From a virus (Duplodnaviria > Caudoviricetes): a stretch of 64,000 bases of DNA. The notes beneath the pieces are model-generated. The model was not told the origin of the DNA and did no database searches. It worked only from the letters and a program-made list of their open reading frames with translations. Shown one piece after another: positions 9,197 to 19,160 of the stretch. Both the position numbers and the translations under genes were made by a program. The stretch spans positions 1,805-65,804 of IMG/VR virus record IMGVR_UViG_3300000553_000030; one strand, given 5' to 3'. Numbering within the stretch: the stretch's first letter is position 1; every line of letters begins with the position of its first letter.

Positions 9197-9249
9197 ATTT
9201 TAATTGAACTTTTTTGAACTTTTTTGAATGTTACTTACTATATATTAGT

Positions 9250-9399
9250 ATGAAAGAAAAATACAAAGATCGTAGAATAATTAATATAGACAAAGTGGCG
9301 TATGATATAATTAAATCATATTGCATTAAAAATGCATTAGACATGCCCAAGTGGATTGTAAAAATTGTATTACTTGCGATAAATAATAAGGATGTTTAG
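9250..9399 (+). CDS. Ribbon-helix-helix-like small protein
   Basis: RIINIDKVAYDIIKSYCIKNALDMPKWIVKIV. Confidence 0.65.
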   Translation: MKEKYKDRRIINIDKVAYDIIKSYCIKNALDMPKWIVKIVLLAINNKDV

Positions 9400-9400
9400 T

Positions 9401-10297
9401 ATGTCAAAAAAACTAATCCATTCTGAATTTATAACGAGGTCTAATAACATTCACGCTTCAGTTTATAATTATTCTCAAACATATTATAAAAATTCAAGAA
9501 CAAAAGTTATAATACTGTGTAATAAACACGGCGAATTTACACAGCGACCACATGAACATTTAAGTGGACAGGGATGCCCAAAATGTGGAATGTCACGAGC
9601 AGGATCAAAAAATACATCCACAACAGAAATGTTTGTCAATAAGGCCAATGAAATACATAATAATAGTTATGATTATTCTCGCGTAATATATATAAAATCC
9701 AATATTAAAATAAAAATAAACTGTAAATGTCATGGTGAATTTTTACAAACACCAAACCATCATTTACAAAACCACGGCTGTCCGAAGTGTAAAAATTTAT
9801 ATACTACGAAAGAATTTGTTGATAGATGTAATAAAATACACAATAATAGATATGACTATTCTAAAACAAAATATTCGGGTATTAAAACAAAGGCTGAAAT
9901 TGTTTGCCGTAAACATGGAAGTTTTTTTCAATCTCCCGAACATCACATCAACGGAAAGGGGTGTCCACGTTGTAATGTTTCAAAAGGAGAACAGAAAATA
10001 TCCCAATGGTTAGATGCTCGTGGTATAAAGTTTGTTCCACAAAAAGAATTTCAAGATTGTAGAAATCCAAAAACAAACAGAAAATTAAAATTTGATTTTT
10101 ATGTTCCCGAAAAAAATTTATTAATAGAATATGATGGATTCCAACATTTTAATAAAGTATTTGTAGATATAACGTTAGTTCAGTATAGAGATGAAATTAA
10201 AAATCAATATTGTAAAGATAACAATATTAAATTAATACGGATACCATATACAAAAATAAAAAATATGGATGATATTTTATCTAAGGAGATACAATGA
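9401..10297 (+). CDS. Free-standing endonuclease: three CxxHGxF..HL.G.GCPxC repeats plus Vsr/DUF559-like domain
   Basis: Repeats visible; C-terminal FDFYVPEKNLLIEYDGFQH...D..KN.YC..NNIKLIRIPY. Confidence 0.8.
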   Translation: MSKKLIHSEFITRSNNIHASVYNYSQTYYKNSRTKVIILCNKHGEFTQRPHEHLSGQGCPKCGMSRAGSKNTSTTEMFVNKANEIHNNSYDYSRVIYIKSNIKIKINCKCHGEFLQTPNHHLQNHGCPKCKNLYTTKEFVDRCNKIHNNRYDYSKTKYSGIKTKAEIVCRKHGSFFQSPEHHINGKGCPRCNVSKGEQKISQWLDARGIKFVPQKEFQDCRNPKTNRKLKFDFYVPEKNLLIEYDGFQHFNKVFVDITLVQYRDEIKNQYCKDNNIKLIRIPYTKIKNMDDILSKEIQ

Positions 10298-11271
10298 GTA
10301 TAAAAAACAAGCACCTAATACACCCCGTCCTACTTGGTTCAGATTCCAATGTATTTAAACCAATTGATAAGAGTGATAAGAAGTTATTGGAGTTCAAGAA
10401 GAAAATTCTTGGTGATGTATCATATGACTTTATTGTATTCTATAATAGCCGTAATATCAATCGTAAGAGAACATCCGATTTATTATTGGCATATCGTATG
10501 TTTTGTGATAATCTTACCAAGGAAGAAGCCGATAAGTGTTTATTGATTATGCACACCGAAAAGGTTTTGGATGCCGGCACTGATTTGGGGGCTGTTAGCG
10601 AAGCTTTTGCCAGTATGTATAATACCAAGGTTGTTGAAGAACGATTCTTACCGGAAGATATGAACCTTCTATACAATTTGTGCGATATAACCTGTAATAT
10701 TAGTAGTAATGAAGGATTTGGTCTGTCTTGCAATGAATCAATGATGTGTGGTTTACCTGTTGTTGTTAATGTTACCGGAGGATTGCAGGACCAGATTGGC
10801 CAAACTAAAGATGATGGTAGCCCAGTTATGTTTACACATGATTTTGGTACTAATCAAATTGGCAAATATAAGAAGTGTGGATGTTGGGCATATCCAGTAT
10901 GGCCAACTACTAGATATATTCAGGGTTCTCCGGCGACCCCATATATCATAGACAGTGTATGTAAGTGGGAAGATGTAGCGGAAGGTATCATGTATTGGTA
11001 TTTAATGGACAAAGAAACTCGTATTAAGTGTGGCTTGGAAGGTCGTCGGTGGGCAATGAACGAAGGTGGTACTAATACTAAGAATATGTGCGAACAATTT
11101 ATTAAGGCCATGGATTTTACATTGGAAAACTTTGAACCAGAGTCTAAGTTTAGTATACATACAGACAAGGAACATATGGGTCACTCCATGCCATTTAATA
11201 GTCTAGGATTTGAAATTCCTAAGATTGATAAAGATGGTATTAAGAAACAAACAGAAGAGGTTGAGATATGA
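10294..11271 (+). CDS. GT-B (GT4-like) glycosyltransferase, C-terminal half
   Basis: NSRNINRK and SNEGFGLSCNESMMCGLPVVVNVTGG (E-x7-E motif); ATGA overlap with the endonuclease stop. Confidence 0.85.
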   Translation: MSIKNKHLIHPVLLGSDSNVFKPIDKSDKKLLEFKKKILGDVSYDFIVFYNSRNINRKRTSDLLLAYRMFCDNLTKEEADKCLLIMHTEKVLDAGTDLGAVSEAFASMYNTKVVEERFLPEDMNLLYNLCDITCNISSNEGFGLSCNESMMCGLPVVVNVTGGLQDQIGQTKDDGSPVMFTHDFGTNQIGKYKKCGCWAYPVWPTTRYIQGSPATPYIIDSVCKWEDVAEGIMYWYLMDKETRIKCGLEGRRWAMNEGGTNTKNMCEQFIKAMDFTLENFEPESKFSIHTDKEHMGHSMPFNSLGFEIPKIDKDGIKKQTEEVEI

Positions 11272-11576
11272 TAACCAAACACGAATTAATTAAGGGCACC
11301 ACACAAGAATTGGCAGAGTATTTCCACAATCTTACGGAGAATACTAGAAATGTTCGTGGTAATGATGAAAATACTGCAAAGATGACCGATGATAAGGCTA
11401 ATCTATTACTTACCAAAGAAGGTTTCTTATTGCAATTAGAAAAAATCAATACATTGGTTAGTTTGTTATTCTATCTAAATGTTACTGAAAAGAAATTGGA
11501 TAATGGTGATGTAGAGACTAATATGGAATTGAAATCAGCATATGTTCACATTGAAGATAAAAAGGTAAAGAAATAA
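11268..11576 (+). CDS. Hypothetical protein
   Basis: 102-aa ORF, ATGA-coupled. Confidence 0.6.
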   Translation: MITKHELIKGTTQELAEYFHNLTENTRNVRGNDENTAKMTDDKANLLLTKEGFLLQLEKINTLVSLLFYLNVTEKKLDNGDVETNMELKSAYVHIEDKKVKK

Positions 11577-11578
11577 TT

Positions 11579-11902
11579 ATGGATAATATTACAGATGATA
11601 AAATTAATAGTGTTGATTACACATCATATCAACCAAGATATTCTGAAAAAGAAACATTTGAAGATATGCATGAACGGTTGCTTGGAAAATACATTGAAAA
11701 GTGTTACAAGTCTACCAATGACGTAATTGAGTATATTCAACCCAACATTGTTAATATAATGAAGATGTCTAATGTTTTAAATTCAGACACTAAGTATGTT
11801 TTTATAACAAAATGTGGGGGAATAGAACAGATATCTCACGAAATTCCAACATACAAGAAAGTTGTTGGTAAATTGTTTGGTGATAAGTATATTAAGGTAT
11901 AA
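11579..11902 (+). CDS. Hypothetical protein
   Basis: 107-aa ORF. Confidence 0.55.
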   Translation: MDNITDDKINSVDYTSYQPRYSEKETFEDMHERLLGKYIEKCYKSTNDVIEYIQPNIVNIMKMSNVLNSDTKYVFITKCGGIEQISHEIPTYKKVVGKLFGDKYIKV

Positions 11903-11905
11903 AGT

Positions 11906-12415
11906 ATGGTTATAAAAATTAAGAGACTAACAGAGGATGCCATTATTCCCACACAGGGGAGTAAAGAAGCGGCCGGTTATGATTTATATAGTATTGAAAC
12001 CAAGGAATTGAAGCCATTGGAGAGATATCCATATAAAACAGGATTAACTATGGAAATACCATCTGTTGTATATGGTAGAGTGGCACCTAGAAGTGGATTA
12101 GCTGTTAAGAAGGGTATTGATGTATTGGCGGGTGTCGTTGATTGTTTTTCAGAAAACAGTAGTATAAGAACGCAAGCCGGAGACAAATTAATCAAAGAAT
12201 TAAAAATAGATGATGTTATATATTCTGTTAATGAAAATTTAGAAATAGAACGAGATTTTGTTTCTGCCATTGTTAATTTGGGAGAGAAAGAAACATTAAA
12301 AATAGAAACGGATAATGGAGAATTGGAGATAACTCCGGGAACCATGGTTTATACAGAAACAGGGATAAAAAGAGCCGACGAACTAAAAATAGGAGAAAAA
12401 ATATTAAATATTTGA
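11906..12415 (+). CDS. dut: dUTPase N-extein (aa 1-79) fused to split intein N-half (90 aa)
   Basis: AGYDL, PRSG, GVVD, then CFSENSSI...RADELKIGEKI* intein blocks. Confidence 0.9.
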   Translation: MVIKIKRLTEDAIIPTQGSKEAAGYDLYSIETKELKPLERYPYKTGLTMEIPSVVYGRVAPRSGLAVKKGIDVLAGVVDCFSENSSIRTQAGDKLIKELKIDDVIYSVNENLEIERDFVSAIVNLGEKETLKIETDNGELEITPGTMVYTETGIKRADELKIGEKILNI

Positions 12416-12472
12416 TGCTTTCACTTCCGTAATCACTATTTATTAATAGACAGAGATTATAGGAGTGATAAT

Positions 12473-13384
12473 ATGATAAACTGTAAAATATGCGGACATG
12501 CTGTACAATATAGATTAATAGAACATTTGGTAAAAACACACAAAATGGATGTGGAAGAATATAAGTTAAAATATGGCCCGGTTATTAGTGCCGAATATCA
12601 CGCCAAGGTTTCTAAAAAATCGAAAGAAATGTGGAAGGATGATGATTATAGAAATAAAACTAATATCGCAAGAAATGAATCATGGACAGATGAACTTAAA
12701 GATAAACAAAGTACTATCATAAAAAATGTATATAAAAATGGATTTAAATGTTGGAACGACGGATTAACTAAAGAGAATCATCCTAGTTTAGTATTAATTG
12801 GAGAAAAAAACAAAAAAAATCTAACCGGAAGAACCAAAGAAGAATATCCATATCTAGAAAATAAGTCTAAATTAATGACAGCAAGGCTTAATGAATATTG
12901 GGAGGAAGCTGGTTTGTTTAGAAAATATTTTTCTAACAAGGAAAATTTTGATAATTGGAGAGATAAAATATCAAAAACAATATCTGCTAAATGCAGGAGT
13001 GGAGAAATAAAATGTATATCTGGTCATTTTAAAACCGGCTATTATAACGGAACATTTTATCAAAGTGGATTAGAATTGGAAACAATGAAATTATTAGATT
13101 CTATTAATGATGTTAAAAAATGGGAAAGAAATTTTGATGCCGTAGATTATATTGATGTTAAAGGAAAAACTCGTAGATATTTACCCGACTTTAAAATTAC
13201 ATTAAATGATGATGATGTCGTTGTATTAGAAATGAAAGGGTTTCCTGACAAATATCTACAAGAAAAAATTACATACGCAAAGAAAAAATATAAGCATTAT
13301 ATGGTTTGTTATACTATAGAAGAAGCCAAGGAAAAGTTATATGAAATTATCAACAATAAAAAACATAACCAAATCAAAAAATAA
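12473..13384 (+). CDS. Free-standing TnsA-like PD-(D/E)XK endonuclease inside the split dUTPase
   Basis: YQSGLE...RRYLPDF...LEMKG; N-terminal CKIC...H...H zinc finger. Confidence 0.75.
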   Translation: MINCKICGHAVQYRLIEHLVKTHKMDVEEYKLKYGPVISAEYHAKVSKKSKEMWKDDDYRNKTNIARNESWTDELKDKQSTIIKNVYKNGFKCWNDGLTKENHPSLVLIGEKNKKNLTGRTKEEYPYLENKSKLMTARLNEYWEEAGLFRKYFSNKENFDNWRDKISKTISAKCRSGEIKCISGHFKTGYYNGTFYQSGLELETMKLLDSINDVKKWERNFDAVDYIDVKGKTRRYLPDFKITLNDDDVVVLEMKGFPDKYLQEKITYAKKKYKHYMVCYTIEEAKEKLYEIINNKKHNQIKK

Positions 13385-13700
13385 AGTATATGATATTACC
13401 GTAGAAAATAATCATAATTTTTTCTGTAATGGTCACTTGCTACATAATTGTGATTACCGTGGTGAAATTATGGTGGCTTTAATCAACTTAGGTCAAGAGC
13501 CAGTTACTATTAATAAAGGCGACAAGATAGCACAGATCATATTTGAATACTTTGCTTCTGTGTCATTCTCCGAAACCAAGGAATTAACCAATACACAGAG
13601 AAATGATGGTGGTTTTGGATCTACTGATAAAATAAACAGACAAAACAGCGATTTAGGTGTATCATTAGAAGACATCAACAAAGATTTGTCAATAAAGTAA
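13341..13700 (+). CDS. dut: Split intein C-half (36 aa) fused to dUTPase C-extein
   Basis: VYDITVENNHNFFCNGHLLHN|CDYRGEI...KIAQ...RNDGGFGST. Confidence 0.9.
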   Translation: MKLSTIKNITKSKNKVYDITVENNHNFFCNGHLLHNCDYRGEIMVALINLGQEPVTINKGDKIAQIIFEYFASVSFSETKELTNTQRNDGGFGSTDKINRQNSDLGVSLEDINKDLSIK

Positions 13701-13763
13701 GGAATAATAAATGAACATTTTTGATTGTTTTTGTATTCATTTTACTATTTATTAATTAGACAC

Positions 13764-13904
13764 ATGAAATCTAAACGAAACGTTGTTAATATTAATGAAG
13801 CAGTATATAATAAACTTAAAGATTATTGTAAGAAAAATGGTCTTAAAATTGTATGGGTCATAGAAAAATTAATTACGGAATTTACGAATAAAAATGAAAA
13901 TTAA
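13764..13904 (+). CDS. Ribbon-helix-helix-like small protein (46 aa)
   Basis: Manual translation MKSKRNVVNINEAVYNKLKDYCKKNGLKIVWVIEKLITEFTNKNEN*. Confidence 0.65.
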   Translation: MKSKRNVVNINEAVYNKLKDYCKKNGLKIVWVIEKLITEFTNKNEN

Positions 13905-14790
13905 ACGAAATTGCAAAACTTGTAGTAAGGAATTTTATACCATCGAAAGCAAAATAAAAGCTGGTAAAGGATTGTATTGTTGCAAGCAATGTTATACGGA
14001 TTATAAAAATTTAAATGGTATAAAAAACTTAATAACCGATCATTGTATTATTTGTGGTAAAGGGATTCACTTAACTGAATATTTAAGAGAAATTGGAAGA
14101 AAATGTTGTTCTAGAAAATGTTCTGGGATATTACAGACACGGAGAAACACCAGAACCACATCGTGTAAATTTTGTAAAAAAGAATTAAAGACAAAGATAT
14201 CGGAAATTAAAATTTTTTGTAATTGGGAGTGTCGTAGAGATTTTCTGGATGCTTCTAAGACAACATATATATGCGAATGTTGCAATAAATCGTTTAGAGC
14301 AAACAAAAGAGAACGACGAAATAATAGAAAACATTATTTTTGTTCAAATACTTGTAAATTTACATGGCATAATGGAAAGCCACACCCCGCGATGTCTGAG
14401 TGGTTAGCGGAAAATATATCTAATGGAAATTTCATACCAAGGCATCAATCATATTACATTCAAGGATATTTATTGAATACGTCTACAGATAAAAAAGAGT
14501 GGTATTCAAGTTCATATGAAAAGGAAAGAATGTTACAATTAAATTCTCAAAATATTAAGTGGACAAAAAATCACGGAATAAAAATTCCATATGTAGATGT
14601 AAACGGAAGAAATCATTATTATATTCCGGATATATTGGTAGGGGACAAAATTTTGGAAGAGATTAAACCAGTTAGATTAATACATTTGGATAATAATCCA
14701 GAAAAATTTTTTGCCGCAAAAAAATATTGTTCAAAAAACAATTTAACATTTAAAATAATTACAGAAAAGGAATTGGGTATAAAATTATGA
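13894..14790 (+). CDS. Free-standing endonuclease with four CxxC...CxxxC zinc-finger repeats and TnsA-like C-terminus
   Basis: Repeated Cys clusters; YSSSYE...YYIPDI...EEIKP. Confidence 0.75.
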   Translation: MKIKRNCKTCSKEFYTIESKIKAGKGLYCCKQCYTDYKNLNGIKNLITDHCIICGKGIHLTEYLREIGRKCCSRKCSGILQTRRNTRTTSCKFCKKELKTKISEIKIFCNWECRRDFLDASKTTYICECCNKSFRANKRERRNNRKHYFCSNTCKFTWHNGKPHPAMSEWLAENISNGNFIPRHQSYYIQGYLLNTSTDKKEWYSSSYEKERMLQLNSQNIKWTKNHGIKIPYVDVNGRNHYYIPDILVGDKILEEIKPVRLIHLDNNPEKFFAAKKYCSKNNLTFKIITEKELGIKL

Positions 14791-16115
14791 ATAACAAACC
14801 AGTGTTTATTTTTGAATCGAGTTTATTTGTCAGAGCAGGATATGGAGATTGGAGTATGGCGTTGGCAAAATCTTTATTACGATATAATAAAATACATAAT
14901 GACAAATATGATATTAAAATAGTTCCTACTAGATGGGGAGCATGTCCATCTAAACATAGTATCGACGAATTAAAAGATGATGAAGAACGAGAATTATTTA
15001 CTATGATTCTAAAACAACAACTCCAGAAAATCCCAGAGGTTTATATGAAGGTATCCATATCAAATGAATTTAAAAAAATGGGCAAATTTAATATTGGCGC
15101 ATCGGCATTCGTGGAAGTAACAATTCCCCCTACCGAATTTATTGAGGGTGTAAATAATATGGACGCGGTGTTTACTATGAGTAAATTTAGTAAAGATGTA
15201 ATGGAAAAAGCAGCATTCAATAAAAAATTCCAAGACGGGCACACAGAACCATTGAAGGTGAACAAATCTATTGATATAGTTCCGTGGGGGGTTAATACTA
15301 ATATATTTAAAAAGACAGATGAAACTATTAATTCAATTGATAATATTATGTCCAAAATACACGAAGAACATTGTTTTCTTTTTTGTGGGCAATGGACTCA
15401 TGGAAATGGTCTATATATTGATAGAAAGGACATCGGCATGTTAATCAAAACATTCTTATCTACATTTAAGAACGAAAAAATTAAACCAGCATTAATATTA
15501 AAGACAAGTGGTGTCAACTTCTCCAAGATTGATAAAGCAGACATTCTCAACAAAATTCATCTTATTAAACAAGATGTTGGGGATATTGGTTTACCCGAAG
15601 TATATTTAATTCATGGAGAATTATCAGATTCAGAACTTAACGCACTATATAATCATAAAAAAGTTAAAGCACATATTAATTTTACACATGGAGAATCTTG
15701 GGGAATGTCGTTATTACAAGCATCATTATCAGGAAAACCAATATTGGCAACAAATTGGGGAGGTCATTTAGATTACCTTAATAAGGATAATTGTAACTTA
15801 TTAGACGCTGAAATTAAACAGATATCTGGGGGATCTGTAAACGACTACTACATGAAAGAGAGTTCGTGGGCATATGTAAATTATGACCAAGCAGGAAGAA
15901 AGATGAAAGGTCTATTGGATCCAGACATTTATGAGAAGTTGTTAGTCAAGGCTGACAATTTGAGAATTGAAAATGAACAGAAATTTAGTTTGCAGGCAAT
16001 GGATAATGAGTTCCATGCTTTCTTGGATAAAATTCCAGAATTTGCAATGGAATCCAAGATTGTCCTTCCAAAATTAACGAAAATACAATTGCCCCAATTG
16101 AAAAAGATAGAATAA
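14787..16115 (+). CDS. GT-B glycosyltransferase
   Basis: RAGYG N-terminal motif; DRKDIG; HGESWGMSLLQASLSGKPILATNWGGHLDY. Confidence 0.85.
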   Translation: MNNKPVFIFESSLFVRAGYGDWSMALAKSLLRYNKIHNDKYDIKIVPTRWGACPSKHSIDELKDDEERELFTMILKQQLQKIPEVYMKVSISNEFKKMGKFNIGASAFVEVTIPPTEFIEGVNNMDAVFTMSKFSKDVMEKAAFNKKFQDGHTEPLKVNKSIDIVPWGVNTNIFKKTDETINSIDNIMSKIHEEHCFLFCGQWTHGNGLYIDRKDIGMLIKTFLSTFKNEKIKPALILKTSGVNFSKIDKADILNKIHLIKQDVGDIGLPEVYLIHGELSDSELNALYNHKKVKAHINFTHGESWGMSLLQASLSGKPILATNWGGHLDYLNKDNCNLLDAEIKQISGGSVNDYYMKESSWAYVNYDQAGRKMKGLLDPDIYEKLLVKADNLRIENEQKFSLQAMDNEFHAFLDKIPEFAMESKIVLPKLTKIQLPQLKKIE

Positions 16116-16116
16116 T

Positions 16117-16320
16117 ATGGTTAAACTTAATATACTTATTACATTAGAATTGAACAGAAAACCATCTGAACACGAATCCAATTTAATAGTAAAGCATATT
16201 GCAGACGTTCTTGATGTTGGAGATACTGGTTTATATGACAATGGGTATATTTGGTCACAAAAATTTAGTTGCGATTCTCCATTAATTATAAACCATCATT
16301 TTGTAGAAATTAAGAAATAA
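16117..16320 (+). CDS. Hypothetical protein
   Basis: 67-aa ORF in operon. Confidence 0.45.
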   Translation: MVKLNILITLELNRKPSEHESNLIVKHIADVLDVGDTGLYDNGYIWSQKFSCDSPLIINHHFVEIKK

Positions 16321-16323
16321 TAT

Positions 16324-16896
16324 ATGAACAGAATTTATACTCCACTTATATCATTTTTGGTAACTTGTCATAATGAAGGCGAGCAATTAAAAAAATTATT
16401 AGATTTATTAGAAAAATATGATAATTATGATGAAAATTCTTCAAATAATAATTATGAATGTGTTGTTTTAGATGATTTTAGTGATGATAAAGATACTATT
16501 GATATATTAGAAGATATAAAAGATAGTGGAGAAGTATTCGGGTTTTATAAAGTATATAAACATCATTTAAGTAATGATTATGGTAGTCACAAAAATTATG
16601 GTATTCAAAAATGTTCTGGGAAATATATTTTTCAAATTGATGCTGATGAGGTTCCAAATGAAATATTATTGGCAAATTTGCCAGAGATATTTCTATCAAA
16701 TCCCGACATAGAATTGTTCTGGGTTCCAAGAATTAATGATTTTAATGGTGTATATCCATACATTGCCAGTCAATATGGATGGAATCTTTCCCCATCAACA
16801 TCAATTATTAGAGAAAAGATTATAGATGATACATCTGAAGAATATAAGTTTTTAAAAGAAAACGGTTATATTGTTGAAGAAACCAAAATAAATTAA
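16324..16896 (+). CDS. GT2 glycosyltransferase, N-terminal part
   Basis: ISFLVTCHNE, VVLDDFSDD, KNYGIQKCSGKYIFQIDADE, VPRIN. Confidence 0.85.
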   Translation: MNRIYTPLISFLVTCHNEGEQLKKLLDLLEKYDNYDENSSNNNYECVVLDDFSDDKDTIDILEDIKDSGEVFGFYKVYKHHLSNDYGSHKNYGIQKCSGKYIFQIDADEVPNEILLANLPEIFLSNPDIELFWVPRINDFNGVYPYIASQYGWNLSPSTSIIREKIIDDTSEEYKFLKENGYIVEETKIN

Positions 16897-16937
16897 ATAT
16901 TTTTACACTTTTCTACTTTTCTATACTATTTATTAAT

Positions 16938-17093
16938 ATGAAGCAACCAATCTACAAAACGTTAAAGATTAAAGAAGATACCCATAAATTGTTAAAAATT
17001 TATTGTGCAAAAAATTCTTTAATGATAAATGAGTGGGTAGATGAATTGATTAAAGAAAAAATTGCCAATCATGCCAAGAAAATTAACAGCTAA
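16938..17093 (+). CDS. Ribbon-helix-helix-like small protein (51 aa)
   Basis: Manual translation MKQPIYKTLKIKEDTHKLLKIYCAKNSLMINEWVDELIKEKIANHAKKINS*. Confidence 0.65.
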   Translation: MKQPIYKTLKIKEDTHKLLKIYCAKNSLMINEWVDELIKEKIANHAKKINS

Positions 17094-17979
17094 AGAATTT
17101 ATTAACAAAGCACGACTTATACACGGGGATAAATATGATTATAATTCTGTTGTATATATAAATTCGATCAATAAGATTGAAATTACATGTTATACTCATG
17201 GAAAGTTCTTGCAATTTCCATATCATCATCTTAGAGGTCAGGGGTGTCCAATTTGTCATGGAAATCCCAAATATACTACACAAAGTTTTATACAAAAATC
17301 AAATAAAATACACAATAATATTTATGATTATTCAAAAACTAATTATAAAAAATCTAATATAAAGGTAATAATAAAGTGTCCAATACACGGAGAGTTCTCA
17401 CAAACACCATCGCACCATTTAAACGGAGAAATTTGTGGCAAGTGTGAATCAGATTCTACTAGGTTGACATTGTTAGAATTTTATGACAGAGCAAATAAAA
17501 TACATAACAATTTTTATGATTATTCATTGGTAAAATATATAAATTGTAGAACAAAGGTCGAAATTGTTTGCCCAAAACACGGTTCATTTTTTCAAACTCC
17601 TAACGCACATTTACACAATAAAAGAAATTGTCCAAATTGCACATATCACATTTCCAAACCCGAAATTGAATTTTTAAATCATTTGAATATAAGTTCGTCT
17701 AATAGACAAAAATATGTTAAACCATACAAAGTAGACGCTATTTGCGGAAATATAATATATGAATTTCTTGGCGATTTTTGGCACGGTAATCCGACACGAT
17801 TTAACAGAAATGATATTAATAAAATTACTAAAGAATCATTTGGAAAATTGTATGGTGATACCTTCAAAAAATTTAATGATTTGACGGCCAGCGGTTACAC
17901 TATTAAATATGTTTGGGAAACAGATTGGAACAATTTTAAACGAGGTGTAGACAAAGAACTAAAACTTTTAACTTACTAA
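17071..17979 (+). CDS. Free-standing endonuclease (CxxHGxF repeats plus Vsr-like domain)
   Basis: Three repeats; VDA...IYEFLGDFWHGNP...GYTIKYVWE. Confidence 0.8.
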   Translation: MPRKLTAKEFINKARLIHGDKYDYNSVVYINSINKIEITCYTHGKFLQFPYHHLRGQGCPICHGNPKYTTQSFIQKSNKIHNNIYDYSKTNYKKSNIKVIIKCPIHGEFSQTPSHHLNGEICGKCESDSTRLTLLEFYDRANKIHNNFYDYSLVKYINCRTKVEIVCPKHGSFFQTPNAHLHNKRNCPNCTYHISKPEIEFLNHLNISSSNRQKYVKPYKVDAICGNIIYEFLGDFWHGNPTRFNRNDINKITKESFGKLYGDTFKKFNDLTASGYTIKYVWETDWNNFKRGVDKELKLLTY

Positions 17980-17983
17980 ATAT

Positions 17984-18244
17984 ATGGCACTAATAAAAAT
18001 AAAATATAAAGTTCCTCTGGTAAACTGGCCTGATTATCAGACTCGCATATTTAAGAATCTCCCATCTATCCGTTGGAGAAATCGTCTACATGAACGGATT
18101 AGTGGTAATACCAATTATGTATTCTTTCCAAAAGAGGAAGAATACGCGTTATACCATAACAAAACAATCGAAAAGCAGATTGAAACCAATTTAAGGTATA
18201 ACAAAGAGTTTACAGCAAATGACAATTTGGGGAAACATGAATAA
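17984..18244 (+). CDS. GT2 glycosyltransferase, C-terminal part
   Basis: VNWPDYQTRIFKN.PSIRW..RLHERISG...LYHNK continues the GT2 begun at 16324. Confidence 0.75.
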   Translation: MALIKIKYKVPLVNWPDYQTRIFKNLPSIRWRNRLHERISGNTNYVFFPKEEEYALYHNKTIEKQIETNLRYNKEFTANDNLGKHE

Positions 18245-19160
18245 AGATAGTAGAATTTATGTGGCCGGACATAAGGGACTGGTAGGGTCATCCCTAATGA
18301 GAAACTTAAAAGAACTTGGGTATACCAATTTATTTACATCAGATAAGTCTACGGTAGATTTACGAGATATGGTATCTACACATGAATGGTTTTATCAAAA
18401 TAGACCGGAATATGTATTTTTGGCAGCAGCAAAAGTTGGTGGTATTCATGCAAATGATACATACCCCGCCGAATTTATTTATGATAATTTACAAATTCAA
18501 AGTAATGTTATTGAATCATGTAGAAAATTTAATGTTAGAAAATTGTGTTTTTTGGGGAGCGTCTGTATTTATCCCAAATATGCTCCGGTCCCAGTCAAGG
18601 AAGAATCGTTATTGACCGGTGAGTTAGAGCCTACGAATCAGTGGTATGCAATCGCTAAAATTGCTGGTATTAAGATGTGCCAAGCATATAAAAAACAATT
18701 CAATCTCAATTCTATATCAGTAATGCCCTGTAATTTATATGGAATTAATGACAATTTTCATCCAACCAATTCCCATGTAATTCCGGCATTGATTAGGCGC
18801 TTCCACGAAGCAAAACTGAATAACTTGGATAGTGTAACCGTGTGGGGAACAGGGAACGCTCGCCGTGAATTTTTGAATGTTGATGATTTAACAGGCGCCT
18901 TGGTATTTTTGATGAACAATTACAATTCCTATGAAATAATCAACATTGGTTCCGGACAAGATTATACCATCAGAGAAATTGTCAGCATCATTAAAAACAT
19001 TGTTGGTTATAAGGGCGAAGTATTATGGGACACATCAAAGCCTGATGGCACACCGTCACGATTGTTGGATAGTAGCAAGTTATTTGCAATGGGATGGCGG
19101 CCCAATATATCTCTTGAATCTGGACTCAAGAGTACCTATGAGTGGTACATCAAGAAATAA
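18237..19160 (+). CDS. fcl: GDP-L-fucose synthase (epimerase/reductase)
   Basis: VAGHKGLVGS, AAAKVGGI, LGSVCIYPK, YAIAK, NLYG.NDNF, SHVIPAL, REFL.VDD, KPDG. Confidence 0.93.
   Translation: MNKDSRIYVAGHKGLVGSSLMRNLKELGYTNLFTSDKSTVDLRDMVSTHEWFYQNRPEYVFLAAAKVGGIHANDTYPAEFIYDNLQIQSNVIESCRKFNVRKLCFLGSVCIYPKYAPVPVKEESLLTGELEPTNQWYAIAKIAGIKMCQAYKKQFNLNSISVMPCNLYGINDNFHPTNSHVIPALIRRFHEAKLNNLDSVTVWGTGNARREFLNVDDLTGALVFLMNNYNSYEIINIGSGQDYTIREIVSIIKNIVGYKGEVLWDTSKPDGTPSRLLDSSKLFAMGWRPNISLESGLKSTYEWYIKK

Noticed and set aside
9197-17983. Group I introns explaining the glycosyltransferase interruptions
   Set aside because: The inserts are almost fully occupied by ORFs and AT-rich promoter DNA, with no recognisable core, and the downstream pieces have their own starts; not excluded without a covariance search.
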